Below, one piece after another: positions 1 to 12,600 of a stretch of DNA of 64,000 nucleotides; position 1 is the first letter of the stretch; each line of letters starts with the position of its first letter. Position numbers and translations under genes: made by a program. Source of the DNA: Monocercomonoides exilis PA203. Its lineage: Eukaryota; Protista; Preaxostyla. The notes under the pieces are model-generated. The model was given only the letters and a program-made list of their open reading frames with translations, did no database searches and was not told the DNA's origin. Where the stretch lies: positions 1,674,001 to 1,738,000 of the forward strand of contig LSRY02000015.1 in NCBI GenBank assembly GCA_001643675.2, read 5' to 3'.

Positions 1-8
1 TGAGTGAA

Positions 9-3000
9 ATGGGTGAGACAGATTTTGTGATATCCTCTCCAACTTTTTCTTCTGACAAACCAAACAATGCAAAATATGGAAAAGATTTGTTTGTTTCATC
101 TCCATCGCTTATCAGCAGCATCAAGAACGAAACCCTGCCATTTGTGAAAGATAGACTGGAGATGCTGACCGAAGACTCGATGAGAGGGTATGATGGAGGA
201 AACAGAGAGTGTGCAATCCCACTGATCTATTTCTGGAAAGAGGTTGGGTCGAGTGTGCATGTTGCGCGGGAAGGAAACAATGTGGTTGTGTGTGGGCTGT
301 TGGAGTATCCGTGTGGGTCTGTTGATTATGGGCTGAAGAGAGGGAGTAGTTTGGGGATTGAGTCGATTGCCATTCAGGGGACTTGTGATGTGAGGAGCGA
401 AATGAGTGTGAGCGGGATGAGGCTGGAAGGAACAAATGGCGAAACAGACAAAATTCAATTTGTGAAAATAATTGAAGGAGACAAGGATGCTGTTGTTGAA
501 TGCAAAGGGGTTGTTCAATTCAAAGAAGTGGGGATTCTGATCCCTAGTGCCTTCGATAACGAGGCAAACATCCTCATGCAGACAGGCTCAGATGCAATCA
601 ATACGAGTATTGCAGGATGTTCAATTCACATGAGTGACAATGCTGAAGGTGAATTGACATTTGTATTGATAAGTGCTTCAAAAGGAATTGTTTCAATCGA
701 AAAGACAAACATAGCTGGATTCTCAACGATGCATGAGATAATGAGTATATCAGTTAGAAGTGTGATAACTATGAGCGATGTTTCCTTTGAAGAAATATCG
801 TTGAGTGGGGAAAGTGCAATTGTGATGAATGATAATGAGATTCCAGAAAATGGAAATAATAATGCAGAAGTTGAAGAGTGGAATGTTCTGTTTGAGCAAT
901 GCTCGTTTGTGAATGTGACGCACAGTGAGTCAAGCGACCCTTCATTTCTTTTCTGTGATATGCAGAATGAAGTGAAATTGAAAATGGAGAATTCGACAAT
1001 TGATAAATGTGGATCGGCAAGCTCGAATGAAGGAGGAGGGATGTTTTTCCTTCTCAATGAGAGGGGGAGACTGGAAATGAATCACACAAATGTGACAGAC
1101 TGCTTCTGTTCGAACAACGGGAGAGGAGGAGGATTGTTTTTGAAAACACAGAGTGCCACACAGAAGGCATTGCCATTTGTGCTGTCGAACATCACATTCA
1201 AGGGGAATGTTGCATTGAAAGGGAGAGATGTGTTTGTGAAGTGCACAGATCTTGACTCGCAGATAAGTGAATCACAGTTCCTGATAAACTTTGGGGAGCC
1301 ATTTGTGAAGGAGCTGGCGATATGGGGATGCACAGCAGACAATTATGAGGATGAAGAGGATCTGTTGGGAAGAGTGTATGTGTTCAGGAGCGAATTCATA
1401 TTTGTGTCATCGATTGTGGGGAACAGCAGCGACAGCAAGAATTGTGGGGAAATGAAGAGCGCATGCTCATCGCTGAATGTTGGGGTGAGCCACATCATTC
1501 CATCGGATTATTCGCAGCTGCTGATATGGAATGAGACAACACTAACTGGCTCATGCTCAGCTCAGAAGGTGACAATCAAGTCGATGGAGGCAAGCAGGAA
1601 TGGGGAGATAAAAGTGAATGAGATGAACTTGGCTGGGGAAGGGGCTGTGACGACATCAGAGTCTGTTCGAATTGAGAGAGTTTCATTTGTTTTTGGTGGA
1701 ATGCAGAATGTTGTCTGCTCATGCTTAATACACCAATTGAATGGATCTCTTATTCTCGAATCTGTTTCATTCCTATCGGAGAGCGGATCAATGGAGAAAT
1801 CGCGGACCCTTTTTGATTTTTCTCTACTGGTTGTTGAAAATGGGATATTTGAGGCAGATCGATGTGGTGTTGGATATTTGAAATTCTCGAAACCAATGTT
1901 CCAGATATTGAGCTCAGAAAGAGCAACATTTGAAGATCTGACTGTTTGCAATGTCCAATGCACAAGCTCAGTGATTGAATGTGGAAAGAGTAAGAAAGTG
2001 AGCATTTCAAAGTTAACAGCCACAAATATCTCTTTGCAAAATGAAAGTCTGATCTCATTTGAAAATGGCTATTCTTCACTCGTTTTATCTTTGGCGTTAT
2101 CATCATTCTCAAACATCAGCCGGCTGTCTTCTGGGCCTTGCATTATTTGCACAGCTCAGCACATGACAAGCTTTGAGATGTGCAACTGTTCTTTTCATAA
2201 GTGCACGTCAGAGTCATCAAAGGGGAGTCAAGTGGCAATTGCTTTGACTGAGAATGTCTTGGTGGATTCGTGCACATTTGAGGGAAGCCTGGCTGATAAT
2301 GCCGAAGAAATAAATGGCGTTGGTAATAAGATCTGTCAGTGGAATGGTTCAGTTGTTGACTTCTCGAAGAGTTCTGTGGTGATGAAAGACACAACAATTT
2401 CGAATTCACCCGATGGAGGAATAACAATGAGTGGAGGAAGTGTTGGAATTGAAATGGGGTTATTTGAGAATAACAATCCATCAATAGCAAATTACCCATC
2501 ACTGAGAAGAAATATCATCTGTTCAGATTCAGGAACATTGAATGTGATGAGTTTGAAAGGTGGAGATGGGGTTTTACCAAGCACATCGTTGTGGCTTTTG
2601 AATGATGTGTGCATCTTTGAAGGGATTATTTCTGAAAGGGATTCTTCATTCTTCATTCCTGTGTTGGAGAGTGTGGAAGCAAAGGAGAAAGGAGAAGAAG
2701 TGGAGGTAGTGTTCAAAGGGAGGCTTCTTCTCCCATGCAACTTGTCATTCATGATTGTGAAGCAGATAGGCGATGAAAAGCAGATAGAGAAATATGAGTT
2801 TGATGAGAGCGGATATGTGTCGGAGACAGAAGTCGAAGGGAGGCTGAAAAAGGAGATAATTCGTGAGGCAGGAGATGATGCAGAGGTGAGAGTGAGCATA
2901 CTGTTTGGGGATGCCAAAAACCCATCATCGACTGATTCTTTCATTCTGAAGAACAGAAGTGAGCCCAAAGCTAATGGAGATGAAAGGATTGCCGAGGGAG

Positions 3001-4343
3001 GAAAAGAAGGGAAATCATATTGGTTGTTGATTGTTTGCATTGCGATTGTTGTAATACTGTTTGTAGTCATTATTGTTCTGGCTGTTCGGTGGAAGAAGGT
3101 CAAGAATGAAGCAGAAGATTTGAGAGAAATTGTGAATGATAATATCAGAAAGGATCCCAAAGCATTTGAGATGGTGACGATGGAGATGTCATCTGAGGAG
3201 CGGTGGAAGAGAGCAGAGATGGAGGTTGAAAAGAAGAATGAAGAAAGGATGAAGAAGAGAATATATGAAAAAAGCCTGGGACATTCAGAATCATCAGAGC
3301 ATCTTCTCTCTGAAAGTGGATCAACTGAATATATTCTTGGAAGAGATTCAGACAAGATCCCTCAATGGATGCTGGAGAAAGATGAGGAAGAAGATGATAT
3401 ATCGAGAAAGAGAACTTCATCACCATCCATTTCATCCAACTCAACCACTTCAACAACTGATTCAGATTCAACTTTTGTTCGAGGGGAGGATCTGTGCCCA
3501 ACCACCTCATCGATGTCGAATTTGGTGGATGCAATTGCCTGTTCATCTCCTCATGAGAAACTGATTGTGGACTTGAGGGATTCATTGTTCATGCTGCTTC
3601 ATGGAAGGAATAAAACAAAGGAGATGGCGATTGGCACTCTTCAAGAGAGAGAACAAACAGCTGCTCAGATCCTGTTCTGGGTGGCTAATCTGGCACTACA
3701 CTCATTTGATGAAATGGAAAGCCCTCTTCAATCATTGAATAATCTCAGTCCACACATTGTATTGTTCTCAGAACACATGGTGATCTGCATTGTAATGCAT
3801 TCAGACTTATTGTCTGATGATGATTCTGACTCTTCTTCCATCTCATCATCAACTGTTGCCACATCTGCCAGTGATGATGATGAAGACTCTCTTCCTTCTT
3901 CAGCCTTTGAGGATGAGGACAATTACAAAAAAGAGTGTCTAAGGTGGAAGGCACCGGAGCTGCTGAATGGGACAAAGAAACACACAACGAAGAAGACTGT
4001 TGTATTCTCGATAGGGATGATGCTGTGGGAGTGCTTGACACTGCAGATCCCGTTTGGAGACTTTGAGGCTGAGACGGCTGGAGAGAAGATAAAGAATGGG
4101 GAGAGGCCGAACATGGGGGTGATTGAGACAAGCAGTTTTGGTGAGACGACGAAAGCGTGTGTGACGCTGCAGGCGAAGAACAGGCCCACGCTTGTGGAGC
4201 TGAAGCGAGAGTTCTTCGGGCACTTTCCTGCAGAGATGGTGATTGTGACAGCGTCTGATGCAATCGACGATGAAAATGCGAGCGATGTTGGCAGAGGAAG
4301 CGGTATTGGGAGTAGCAGTTTCTGCAACACATCATATCTGTAG
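9..4343 (+). CDS. Large type-I membrane receptor-like protein: Cys/Gly-rich beta-helix-like ectodomain repeats, single TM, cytoplasmic tyrosine-kinase-like pseudokinase C-lobe (5'-partial; frame open upstream of position 9)
   Basis: 1444-aa ORF with no signal peptide, so it probably starts before the window. Repeated G.D..CG....PC and GGG..L...F..N.A..G.D.FV motifs. TM YWLLIVCIAIVVILFVVIIVLAV followed by RWKK. Kinase C-lobe motifs LRWKAPELL, VFSIGMMLWECLTLQIPF, GERP. Paralogous to 28273-36000. Confidence 0.9.
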   Translation: MGETDFVISSPTFSSDKPNNAKYGKDLFVSSPSLISSIKNETLPFVKDRLEMLTEDSMRGYDGGNRECAIPLIYFWKEVGSSVHVAREGNNVVVCGLLEYPCGSVDYGLKRGSSLGIESIAIQGTCDVRSEMSVSGMRLEGTNGETDKIQFVKIIEGDKDAVVECKGVVQFKEVGILIPSAFDNEANILMQTGSDAINTSIAGCSIHMSDNAEGELTFVLISASKGIVSIEKTNIAGFSTMHEIMSISVRSVITMSDVSFEEISLSGESAIVMNDNEIPENGNNNAEVEEWNVLFEQCSFVNVTHSESSDPSFLFCDMQNEVKLKMENSTIDKCGSASSNEGGGMFFLLNERGRLEMNHTNVTDCFCSNNGRGGGLFLKTQSATQKALPFVLSNITFKGNVALKGRDVFVKCTDLDSQISESQFLINFGEPFVKELAIWGCTADNYEDEEDLLGRVYVFRSEFIFVSSIVGNSSDSKNCGEMKSACSSLNVGVSHIIPSDYSQLLIWNETTLTGSCSAQKVTIKSMEASRNGEIKVNEMNLAGEGAVTTSESVRIERVSFVFGGMQNVVCSCLIHQLNGSLILESVSFLSESGSMEKSRTLFDFSLLVVENGIFEADRCGVGYLKFSKPMFQILSSERATFEDLTVCNVQCTSSVIECGKSKKVSISKLTATNISLQNESLISFENGYSSLVLSLALSSFSNISRLSSGPCIICTAQHMTSFEMCNCSFHKCTSESSKGSQVAIALTENVLVDSCTFEGSLADNAEEINGVGNKICQWNGSVVDFSKSSVVMKDTTISNSPDGGITMSGGSVGIEMGLFENNNPSIANYPSLRRNIICSDSGTLNVMSLKGGDGVLPSTSLWLLNDVCIFEGIISERDSSFFIPVLESVEAKEKGEEVEVVFKGRLLLPCNLSFMIVKQIGDEKQIEKYEFDESGYVSETEVEGRLKKEIIREAGDDAEVRVSILFGDAKNPSSTDSFILKNRSEPKANGDERIAEGGKEGKSYWLLIVCIAIVVILFVVIIVLAVRWKKVKNEAEDLREIVNDNIRKDPKAFEMVTMEMSSEERWKRAEMEVEKKNEERMKKRIYEKSLGHSESSEHLLSESGSTEYILGRDSDKIPQWMLEKDEEEDDISRKRTSSPSISSNSTTSTTDSDSTFVRGEDLCPTTSSMSNLVDAIACSSPHEKLIVDLRDSLFMLLHGRNKTKEMAIGTLQEREQTAAQILFWVANLALHSFDEMESPLQSLNNLSPHIVLFSEHMVICIVMHSDLLSDDDSDSSSISSSTVATSASDDDEDSLPSSAFEDEDNYKKECLRWKAPELLNGTKKHTTKKTVVFSIGMMLWECLTLQIPFGDFEAETAGEKIKNGERPNMGVIETSSFGETTKACVTLQAKNRPTLVELKREFFGHFPAEMVIVTASDAIDDENASDVGRGSGIGSSSFCNTSYL

Positions 4344-6605
4344 TTGTTTGTGGTTGAAGAGCACAAAACTGGAAAAGGAAGAATGATGGAAACGACAAAC
4401 AAGCCGAATGAGAGCGGATCGAACAATTTGAACGATTTGAAACACCGAATGAGGAGAGGGGAAAGAAAGTTGGCATTGGGGCGACGAAGCAGAAACAGAA
4501 GTGATGACATTGTGAATGCTCAAGTTGGTCAGTCGCAGTGAAGAAATTTTGTTGCGGTTTCCGAATCGCAAGCAAAAAGAGAATGACTGATTTCTTGAAC
4601 AAAAACAAGTGTTTGTTTTTATTTTTCTTATTTTTGTTGTTGTTCTTTTTTGTTGAATTGGAACTTCAACAGCAAAGGAATGAATGAAAATGAAAAACAA
4701 TTTGAACCATCATGTGTTTTCTTATTTGAAAAAAAATGAAATACCCCCCCCAAAAAAAATTATTTCTGAAACAGCCATTTTGTTTCAAATGTGTTTTCTG
4801 GAGTATTGTTGTTGGCTGATAATTATTGATATGCGTGAAGGCACAGAGCTGTTTGGAATTGACATCGAAAACAAAGGCATATTCACAGAATAGGAGAATT
4901 GGAGATGAAAAAACAGTTTTGAGAAATGGAGAGAGGTGTGTTTGGCACACGAAAACAAAAGTGAAAGGGTGAAAAAATAGTAATTATTGTTTCAAATGAA
5001 TTTTTTGTTTTTTTGTTGAGGAAAAAGTGAAAAGGCAAATAAACGCATGCTATAAGTGATGGGCATTTGTTTATGTGTCTGTTTGGCCGAAAACTTTTCC
5101 ATTTGCTGAAAAGCCAGAACAAAAACGCGTCTGATGAAATGGGGTGGAGTGTCTGTGGTTTTTTTTTTTTTTTGAAGAGCAAAATGGATTTATATTTCAA
5201 TCGAATAAGTGCAGTTTTTTGAATGAAAAGAGGAAAAACAAATATAAATGTGAATGCTCCTTGCAAATATGACCTGTTGAATCTGACTCGACAAATCGTG
5301 GTATTCTCTTTTGTCTTTTCATTTTTTCACTTATTATTCAAGAACTCTTCGCCAGCACTCATGATCCCACAATCGTCCCACATTTCAACATTCATTTCAT
5401 CACGCAAAAGGGCTCCTTTATGTGGCTTCATCATTCCCGAATGCCACTGGCAATCGCAACTCTTTGTTCGTGGTGAAAGGCGATTTGATTGTTGAATGCA
5501 TCAGGGATGCTTGAAAAGCCCTTGGAAGCACATCTTCGGGCTTGTGTTCTTTTTCATTGCAATGAATGTCCTTGTTGGTGTCTTGATGCTTGAGCCAATG
5601 GTGTATCTGCTTTCCAAAAGATGGAAGAGATTTCACAAGAAAGAGGCTGTTCAATGTGAGTGATGTGCAGCACAAAAGACTGTTCTGCCAACAGCCGATT
5701 CAGCATGCATCTGCTGTCAGTCGAGCCGTGCTCTGGAGGGATGCGAGTTGAGCAGCAGGAGACATCACCCTTTGCAACTCTTCCAATCATTCATTTGTTT
5801 GCTTCATCTCGGTGATCAAACACTCCTCCAGAACATTTCCGCATCGACACTTCCCCCTTTCAGCCAGATTGATCTTTGGCTCCACACGTTCACCCACGAA
5901 ACTCAGAGCACAGCGAAGCTCATCCGGCCCCCAATGGCAAGGCTGAAGCACAACCCTTTCCCAAGGATAAGCCTTCAGTTGCACCAGAACCAATTGACAA
6001 GAATTCCATGTGGTTTGTTCAGAGGGATTTGTGAGACACCAGCTTCCGTGAATGATTGAGGGAAACATGAGAGAAAAATGATCGGAGTGTGACTGTGAAG
6101 GTTCATCAACATCAAAGACAAGGAAGCGAATGAGAAATTGCTAAGAATGTTTTTTTTTTTCCTTTTTGAATGGGTTGAAATTAGATGATGTGAATGGTGT
6201 TTCTTTCAAGCTCCCTGTTGATGTGGAGACCAGAGCGAGACTTTCAATTTTCACTTTCGCAATCTTCATCCTCAAATATGAAGTTTTTGACTGTTATGGA
6301 TTTGTGATCATTGACCCTAAATAACTTGAATAAAGTTCAGTATTGAGTGTTGAATTAGCTTTTTGTTAATTCGTGGGGTTTTTTTAGATTATTGATGTGA
6401 AGAAAATAAAAATTGTTTTCAAAATTGTTTTTTTTGAAAGGATTGAAACTATTCATTATTGGTGTACATAATACTCAACATTTTTTTTAAATTCTGACAT
6501 TTCTTTTGTGCTTTATAATTAAAACAAAAATCTGAATATTCAATAATTGATTCAATACATCTTTGAATGAGAATGCAAAAAGTTTTTCATTATTTTTCAA
6601 AGTTA

Positions 6606-9600
6606 TTAAAGATTAATAATTTGTTTTCTCAACTGTGAAACAATAAAGAAAGCAAGTTTTTCGATACTTTCAATCTCTTGCTCAATATGTAATAGAAGAA
6701 GACTATCACATGTTGATCCGTTGTCAACTCCTCCAAAGTGACTCAAACTTGCACCATCAATGGAAGAACGCTCATTTGCCATTACACTCAATGAACGGAG
6801 AGGACTTCCACAAACCGCGGAAGTTTGCGAAAAATGAAGTAAATCTTTTATGAGCATGATCTCTCTGATAAATTCTAAGTATGCTTGAGAAAAATCTGAA
6901 GAAAATGTGGAAATAAAGCTAGAAATTTGCCCTTTCTCTTCGATATTTGCAAAAAATGTAGATGGAATTTGAACAGATACAAATGAAGCAATTATGACAA
7001 GAGAATATGTTATGTTTTGCAAAATTCTGCATACATCTGAACGAAGGCTTTGCAAAGATGTAAAGGATAAATCAATGGATGTTAAAGAAATACTAAATGG
7101 AAGCTGAAGCTTTGAAGAAAGCATCAAAGAAGAAGGCTCACCTGTATTTGTCTTTGGTGTTGCATCAGAAAAATCCAAAGCAGAAGGCGAGTTATTAGAT
7201 GTTTGTTTAGAAGAAGCAAATTCCTTGTTGCTTTCCTTTTTCTCTGAAACGATTGATGCGACTCTTTGCGATATAAAAGGCTTTGAAGCGATTGAAATTG
7301 TATGTGATGTTGCTCCAAATGCAATGCGCGTTGAATCCGTTGAATACTTCAGAAGGAGAGCTTCAGGAGAAATAGAATCAAATTGATGATGGTTTCCAAT
7401 AGTGGATGAAGTGTGTGAAAACCCTCTCCTCGAAGAGCGTGAAGCTGAAGATGAGAATGAACTGGGCGAAGTTGATCTTCGTTTTAAAGAGGCAATTGAC
7501 ATTGGAGTGGAAGGTGGAGGTGACAATCGGCTTCCGAAAGGCAAAGAATTGATTCTTGAATCAATTTGAGTGGAATGAGGAAGAGATGCAATAGATGGAG
7601 ATTTTAATCCAATTCTGTTGCTCCCATCAGTATCCATGCTCTTCGAGTTATCCAAATACTCGTTGGAATAAACATCAGTTTCATTACCAGAGTTCATGAA
7701 TATGGGAATTTTCTGATAAACACCGATAAATGAAGTTGGGATTAATACACCAAGTTTTGGATGGAAAAAGCCTGGAGTTGTCTTTATTGTTTTCATCAAA
7801 TTTGCATATCTGATAAAAGATCGAGAAGAAGTGACTGAATATAAAGAAGAATTTGCAGAAAGAGTTCGACAACTGGTCACAGATGAAAGTCTTCTCTGTA
7901 AGCTGCTGATTGATTGAGAAGGCTGTGAAGCAATCAGAGAAGAAGGTAAATGTTGAGGAGTGACTGAACGTCTGCTCTGAACTCTTCCAACTGCTGAAGG
8001 TGAATTGAACATCGCAGAAGCTGAAGAGCGAGATCGTACCGAGCTTGGCTTCATAAACGTACTCATGCCACCTACAGACGATGTAGAATTTGCTCTTAAG
8101 AGCACAGATGCTAGAGGAGCTGTTCCAACTCCTGCAGATGAGGATGATGTGGATGAAGTGAACACAGGATGGTGGCGAAGAAGTCGAAGAGACGCTGTAT
8201 TTAAGTCAATGAAAGACAAAATTAAATTGATTGAAATGGTAAATGGAGGAAGCAAAGAGTGGTGAAGTGCTCTTGAAACAGGAAGAAGAAGAAGACAAGG
8301 TACATTTGGTATTTTTTGGAAGGCAGACTGATGTGTTTGAGGAAGTGTTGTCGTACAGTTTTGAGGAACTGAAGCGCAAAGCATACATGAACGCATTTGA
8401 GATGAGAGATTCGTGTGCAAAGAAGCCGCATTAGAAGGAGTAGACGATATGGATATTGAATCGGAAGATGTCTTCGAAGTAGTTCTTGCATTATTATCCT
8501 TAACAGAGCATCCAATGGAATAAAATCCTTCTGTATCAGGCAAAGCAAATTTTCTTTTTGGCAAAGGTGGTTGGCGAAGATTCAATGGACTGATTATTCG
8601 GAGACAGCAAATAATCTGTTCAATTATTGTTGTCATTAACGAAATGATTGTTTCTCCAAATGGAGAAGACAGAACAGTTGCTGAAGCAGATGAAGATGAA
8701 GATGAAGATGAAGAAGCAGCCGTTGAAAAGCCAACAGGCGCAAGACCGCCCGTCTTTGAAGTTAGTGAAGTGGAATTTAGCGCGATGGAATGTGGATCAG
8801 TTGCTAAAGTTCCCAAAACAGATGGATAGCCAATGGATTTAAAGAGAGAGCCGGTGGCCAGTGCATGCGAAGAAAGCGAATAAAAAGAAGGTGCAGAAAT
8901 CGTAGCCACAACAACTGGTTGCTGCTCGGGCTTCTTCGAATGGAGGGAATGAGTTGCTTGTGCGTATGGATCCAGAGAAGCGACTTTTTCTTGAACGGTA
9001 ACAGGCAATAACTCTTTCAGGACAGCTGTAGGTGTTGACAAAAACTGCATCAATGAAGAAAACAGCTCGTTCAAAGACAAAATGATCGATGGGTGCAAAG
9101 GCAAAAGAGGATGCGGAAAAGAGTGCATTGATCGAATAGCCGATTTGCGATGCAATGGAAGTGACATCAATCCAAATATTTGATCTGATCCATCCATCGC
9201 TGATATTCTATTGAGAGTAAGTTTCGACATGCATGATGTGTGTTGTTTTCTTTGAGCAGAAGAATTGAAAGGATAAGAAGTAGATGAATTCCCGGAAGAA
9301 GAGTAGAAAGAGTATTCTTGCTGCTTTTGTTGTCTCTCTGGACAAAAGTGAGTTGGATCTGAAACTGGAACCATATCAAGATAACTTTTAGTTTCTTTTT
9401 TGTGTTGTGAAGAAAGAATCTCTTCGGTGATTCTTTCAAGAAACATTGATGGCTGTGTCCAAGGATAAGACCTATGAAACGATGAAAATGTTTCTGGTGT
9501 ATTGTCTGAGCCTGATTGTGCGAGCTGTGTCAAAACCGCTTCGATTCTGAGAGGAGATGCTAAGTTCACAATGTCTTCGTGAAAGTGTTTCATTGCTTTG

Positions 9601-12600
9601 AGTCTTCTTTCCTCGGTGAGAAGATCTCCATCTCTGTAATACCTGAGTTTTCTTGTTACTTGTAAGCCATCTTCACTTTCATTGTCACTTTCAGAATCGG
9701 ATGATTCTGAAACCATATTAAACGTACTGCTTTTATCATATTCACTTTCGTATTTGCCAAATCCAACACCTGTGGACTGTACTCTTTTCTGGCCAAAATC
9801 AACAAATTTGTTCCCGTCCATGTTTTGCTCCTGCTTCATTGCTTCTTCTCCACATTTATTAGACAATTGTGCAATCGCAATAATCAAAGAAATAACAAGT
9901 CTTGCTTCAATCAGTCCATTTATAGTCAGATGGTTGTATGGATATGTTTTTCGTACAAGAGACGGGAGCATCAAAAGAAGTCGTTCATTAACAAATTTTG
10001 TAACTTCAATCAAAACTGATGAGAGAGATGGTAATTCAGAGAAATATTTGTGCTCAGTTGAAATTTGAGGCTTTCCAGTTATTTTTGATGATTGAATTTC
10101 GTTCAGACCAAGTTTTGTATCAACAGTTTTGATACCATAGCAGCTTGTAGCACGATTTCTATCCTTTATTGTGCTTTCAACGTTCTTCCAGTTGTGTTGA
10201 ATAAGCAAAGAGTGTACCAAAGCAGTAATTATGGTGAGTATGAAGCACCATATTCGATGCTGAGTGTTTATCTCTCCATTGGGAAGATACGGCATAGTTG
10301 GAGTATTAAAGGGCTGTGAAAGAATCTCTTCTTCTGACTGAGTTGAACCAAGTGCATTCTCTTTTGAGGATGATGTTAAAAACGATATTTGTTGTATCTG
10401 TTGTGCATATTCCGCTCTGAAATAAGCTGGTGTCATGAAAGACAAGTCTCCATCATTGTCACTTTCAGCCGCTAATCGGCTTTTATCCCATGTTTTGTAC
10501 TCTTCCTTGACTGAACCAATGAGATTGTCTGCAATTGCTTTCAGCTTGTTGATGAGACCGGCATTGAAAAAGAATGAAGCCAGAAATGGTTGCGCAACAA
10601 GAAGTGACTGAATGAGACTCAAATTCAGTTGGACAAAGCGGAAATTGAATTGTGAAGTCGGTGAAAAAGTGGAGCTATTTTTTATGAATGAAGAAGTGAT
10701 TGGAATAAAAGATGTTTCTTGTGATGAAGAGGAATTTGCAGTGGAAGAGGATAAATGCATGTACATGTTATGATTGGAAATATCTTCATAATTAATAGTG
10801 ATATTGCGAGGAATTCGAAGAAAAGAAAGCATTTTTATGTTCGAAAGTGGAATAGTCAAACCAGAAAAAATCTGAGCAAGAGTGTTTGAATCATCTAATC
10901 GAAGACAATGGATGATTTCATTAAAGTTAAGCGGAGTGATAATCTGACGGTAAGAAATAGCACCTGATGTCATTCCTATAGACGAAAGACTTGATGAAAG
11001 CACTCTTGGCGTTGTTTGATAGTTATATCGAGATGGAGATGGTGGAAGAGATTGATAATTGTCTCCATAAACTTGTTTGGATATTGATGTAACTGTTTGG
11101 AAGGAGAAAGGAGAAGATGATGAAGATGAGATATTTGCTCCAGTGTCGCATCTCACCGCAGATGGATTTGCATAATTGCTAGCTCCATCGATATGCGGAG
11201 ATTCGCCTGGAAGCTTCAGCATCGAATCATCCCATCCAGCTTCGTCAATAAATAACTCTTCTTTCTTCTGTGGTGCATCTGGAATAAGTGTGCAACGTCG
11301 AAACAGAATGCGTTGGATGAGACAGACAATAAGTGTATACACGATCATCTTCAAACCAGGTCTTAGTGGTGCACTTGGTGTGTGATAATTAATTAAAGCA
11401 ATGCAGCCCCTGGTGACATTATAGGCAACATGCTGTACAAAGCGTGAGTAATGATACAAAGAAGGGAAAACAGGGAAGTGTCTGGAAAGAAGATAGGAAG
11501 TGAGTGCTGGAGAAAACTGCTCAAGTTCTGTTGTCATTAGTTGAAGTTGTTCTTTTAGATCTGCTCCTTCAGAAGTTAAAGATTGTATCACTTTCTGCAA
11601 AGAAGATGAATTTGTAGAAAAGCTTTCTGTTACAACAGCTGCACAGAACAAGCGTTGCTCTGCGATGTCATCTTCAATCTGAGTAAGTTCAGCAGGGCTT
11701 TCGTTATTTCCTTCTTCAAGTTCAGCTAGTTCATCAACTGATTTCTCTAACATTTGGAAGATGTTCTTTTTTCTGTCAATTTCTTTGTCAAATCCCATTT
11801 CACAAAATTTCGTATTTCCTTCCTTTTTATCTCGCTTAATTGAATTTTTATCATTTTCTCTTGCAAAATCAAGCACTCCCTTTTTATTGTCATTTTTAGG
11901 TTTACCTTCGTTTTCTGCTCCACCATCGTCTTCCTCGGCAATCCCGTCCAATCCACCAGACAAATAAAATGGCGCTTGTTTAGCTCGAGAAGACGCTGGT
12001 GAAAGTTGGATGCCACCTGAACTGCTGGAGCGGGGGATGGGAGCAAACGTTGGGAAAGAATGAGAATTTGCTGCACCATCAATCAGATGGGCCGAAAATG
12101 TGATGGATGGGTTGTGCATCGAAGATGATTTGAGATAGCTGGAAGAAGCAGCTGATTTAGTTGCTGGTGAATTAGATGAAAAGGAAGAAATGACTGAATT
12201 AAGATGAGATTGGAGGATGGATGCTGATGATGATGATGAGGTTTCGCTCATCATCTGATTCATTGGAGATATTAACCGTCCTTCGTCAAAGTCAGCAAAG
12301 CTCGTTGGCTGCTTGAATTGTGAATAAAGCAGGTCTGGTGTGTGATCTAGTCTTGGTGTTGTGGATGATTCCCACTCTTTTTCAATTGAATTAGATGAGG
12401 AATTGTTGCTATTCTTCAATGAAGCCTTCGCAAAAGAAGAGGAAGATGCATTTTTTGTTGAATTGTTTGCACTTTGTGAATACCCTTCAACTTCTTCAAT
12501 TTTCATCAGAGGCACAACTGAAGGAATTGAAGGGAGAAGATGGACAATTGATGTAATCGCTGACACTATTGCAGACAGATGGCGAGACTTCAGTGGGAAC

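Noticed and set aside
96-4608. Numerous 100-290-aa antisense and alternative-frame ORFs over the receptor gene (likewise over Nup188, 28273-36000 and 59979-64000)
   Set aside because: Shadow ORFs. The coding DNA is TpA-depleted and low-complexity, so off-frame stops are rare, and these ORFs show no recognisable motifs.
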